Of a stretch of DNA of 64,000 bases, positions 62,873 to 64,000 are shown one piece after another; positions within the stretch are counted from its first letter, which is position 1, and every line of letters starts with the position of its first letter. The notes under the pieces are model-generated. The model was not told the DNA's origin and made no database searches. It was given only the letters and a program-made list of their open reading frames with translations. Location: assembly GCA_951406725.2 (NCBI GenBank), contig OX597815.1:61318001-61382000 (forward strand), written 5' to 3'. A program made the position numbers and the translations under genes. Source of the DNA: Octopus vulgaris (Eukaryota).

Positions 62873-64000
62873 ATGCTGTCTGACACCCAGCATGGATTTC
62901 GACCAGGTAGAGGCTGCCTAACACAGCTCCTGCAACACTGAGTGGGTGTTGAAACAGCTACTAAATGGCTCAAATGTGGATGTAATATATCTCGACTTTG
63001 CAAAAGCCTTTGATAAGGTCGACCATGGTATGATCTGTCACAAACTGCGTGGTCTCGGCATAGGCGGAAAACTTGGAGAGTGGCTGCACAACTTCCTAAA
63101 AGACAGAAAACAGGCAGTTGTGAGCAATGGAGCCACCTCCAAGGAAACGCAAATAACAAGCGGTGTCCCGCAGGGCACTGTCTTGGGGCCACTGATGTTC
63201 ATAGTGGCCCTTTCAGACATGCCTTCAGTTGCTACGATGACCACCCTTGCTAGCTATGCAGATGACACAAAATTCTCCCACGCAATACAAAACCCTGAAA
63301 ATATTGCGCATCTGCAACAGGAGCTGGACACAATATACAGGTGGGCTGAGGACAACAACATGCAGTTTAATGCAGGTAAGTTCCAGGCCCTGCGCTACTG
63401 GAACACAAACGACGTGAAAACTGGATACACTGGCCCAGGAAGAATTGCAATCCCTGAGTCAAAATCAGTGCGTGATCTGGGCATTGACATGAGCAATGAT
63501 GCATCTTCCCAAGTGCATATTGCTAATCTGGTGATAAAATGCAGACGGCTAGCTGGATGGATTCTCCGAACTTTCAGAACAAGAGAGAAGGAGACACTGA
63601 TGGTCCTATGGAAAACATTCGTCCTCAGCCGCTTGGACTACTGCTCCCAACTGTGGTCACCACACAATATAAAACTAACAGCAGAACTCGAAGCAATTCA
63701 GAGAAGCTACACAAAGAAAATCGTCTCAATGCAAAATATCAGCTACTGGGAAAGACTGATGGTATTAAACCTCTTCTCCCTAGAGCGGAGGCGGGAGAGA
63801 TATGCGGTGATATACATCTGGAATATCCTGGAGGGTCTTGTCCCAAACTTTGGCATTCAAAGTTACCCCAACCGCAGAACGGGGCGCCACTGCATGATGC
63901 CAAGGATTCCAACATCACCATCAAAATACAGGTCCAGATACTGCAACAGCTTGGGTTTCAGAGGACCACAGCTCTTTAACATCCTCCCTAAATGCCTGAG
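62873..64000 (+). mobile_element. CR1/L2-group LINE reverse transcriptase fragment running off the window
   Basis: [56 protein letters not shown]; relative of 53037-55052. Confidence 0.93.

Overview
AT-rich, repeat-saturated eukaryotic intergenic or intronic DNA. The microsatellite density and SINE/LINE families suggest an octopus-like cephalopod (inference). I see no intact host protein-coding gene, and nearly all ORF-track entries are microsatellite artefacts. The real content is transposon debris: two Penelope-like (PLE) GIY-YIG fragments converging on a (TA)n tract, CR1/L2-type, RTE and R4/Dong-type LINE fragments, Tc1 (D36E spacing), mariner, hAT and Tc2-like MITEs, a probable Sola-like transposase relic, non-autonomous Helitrons, several tRNA-derived SINE families, and a ~3.2 kb (AAT/GAT)n array. 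The most notable hidden layer is about 14 minimal type-I hammerhead ribozyme (HHR) motifs with palindromic stem III. They sit mostly in short (TA)n-embedded elements, and include compensatory U3-A8 core variants, fold-back copies, and one tRNA-headed SINE-like element ending in a hammerhead. All structures were read by eye and are untested computationally or biochemically. Element boundaries are approximate.
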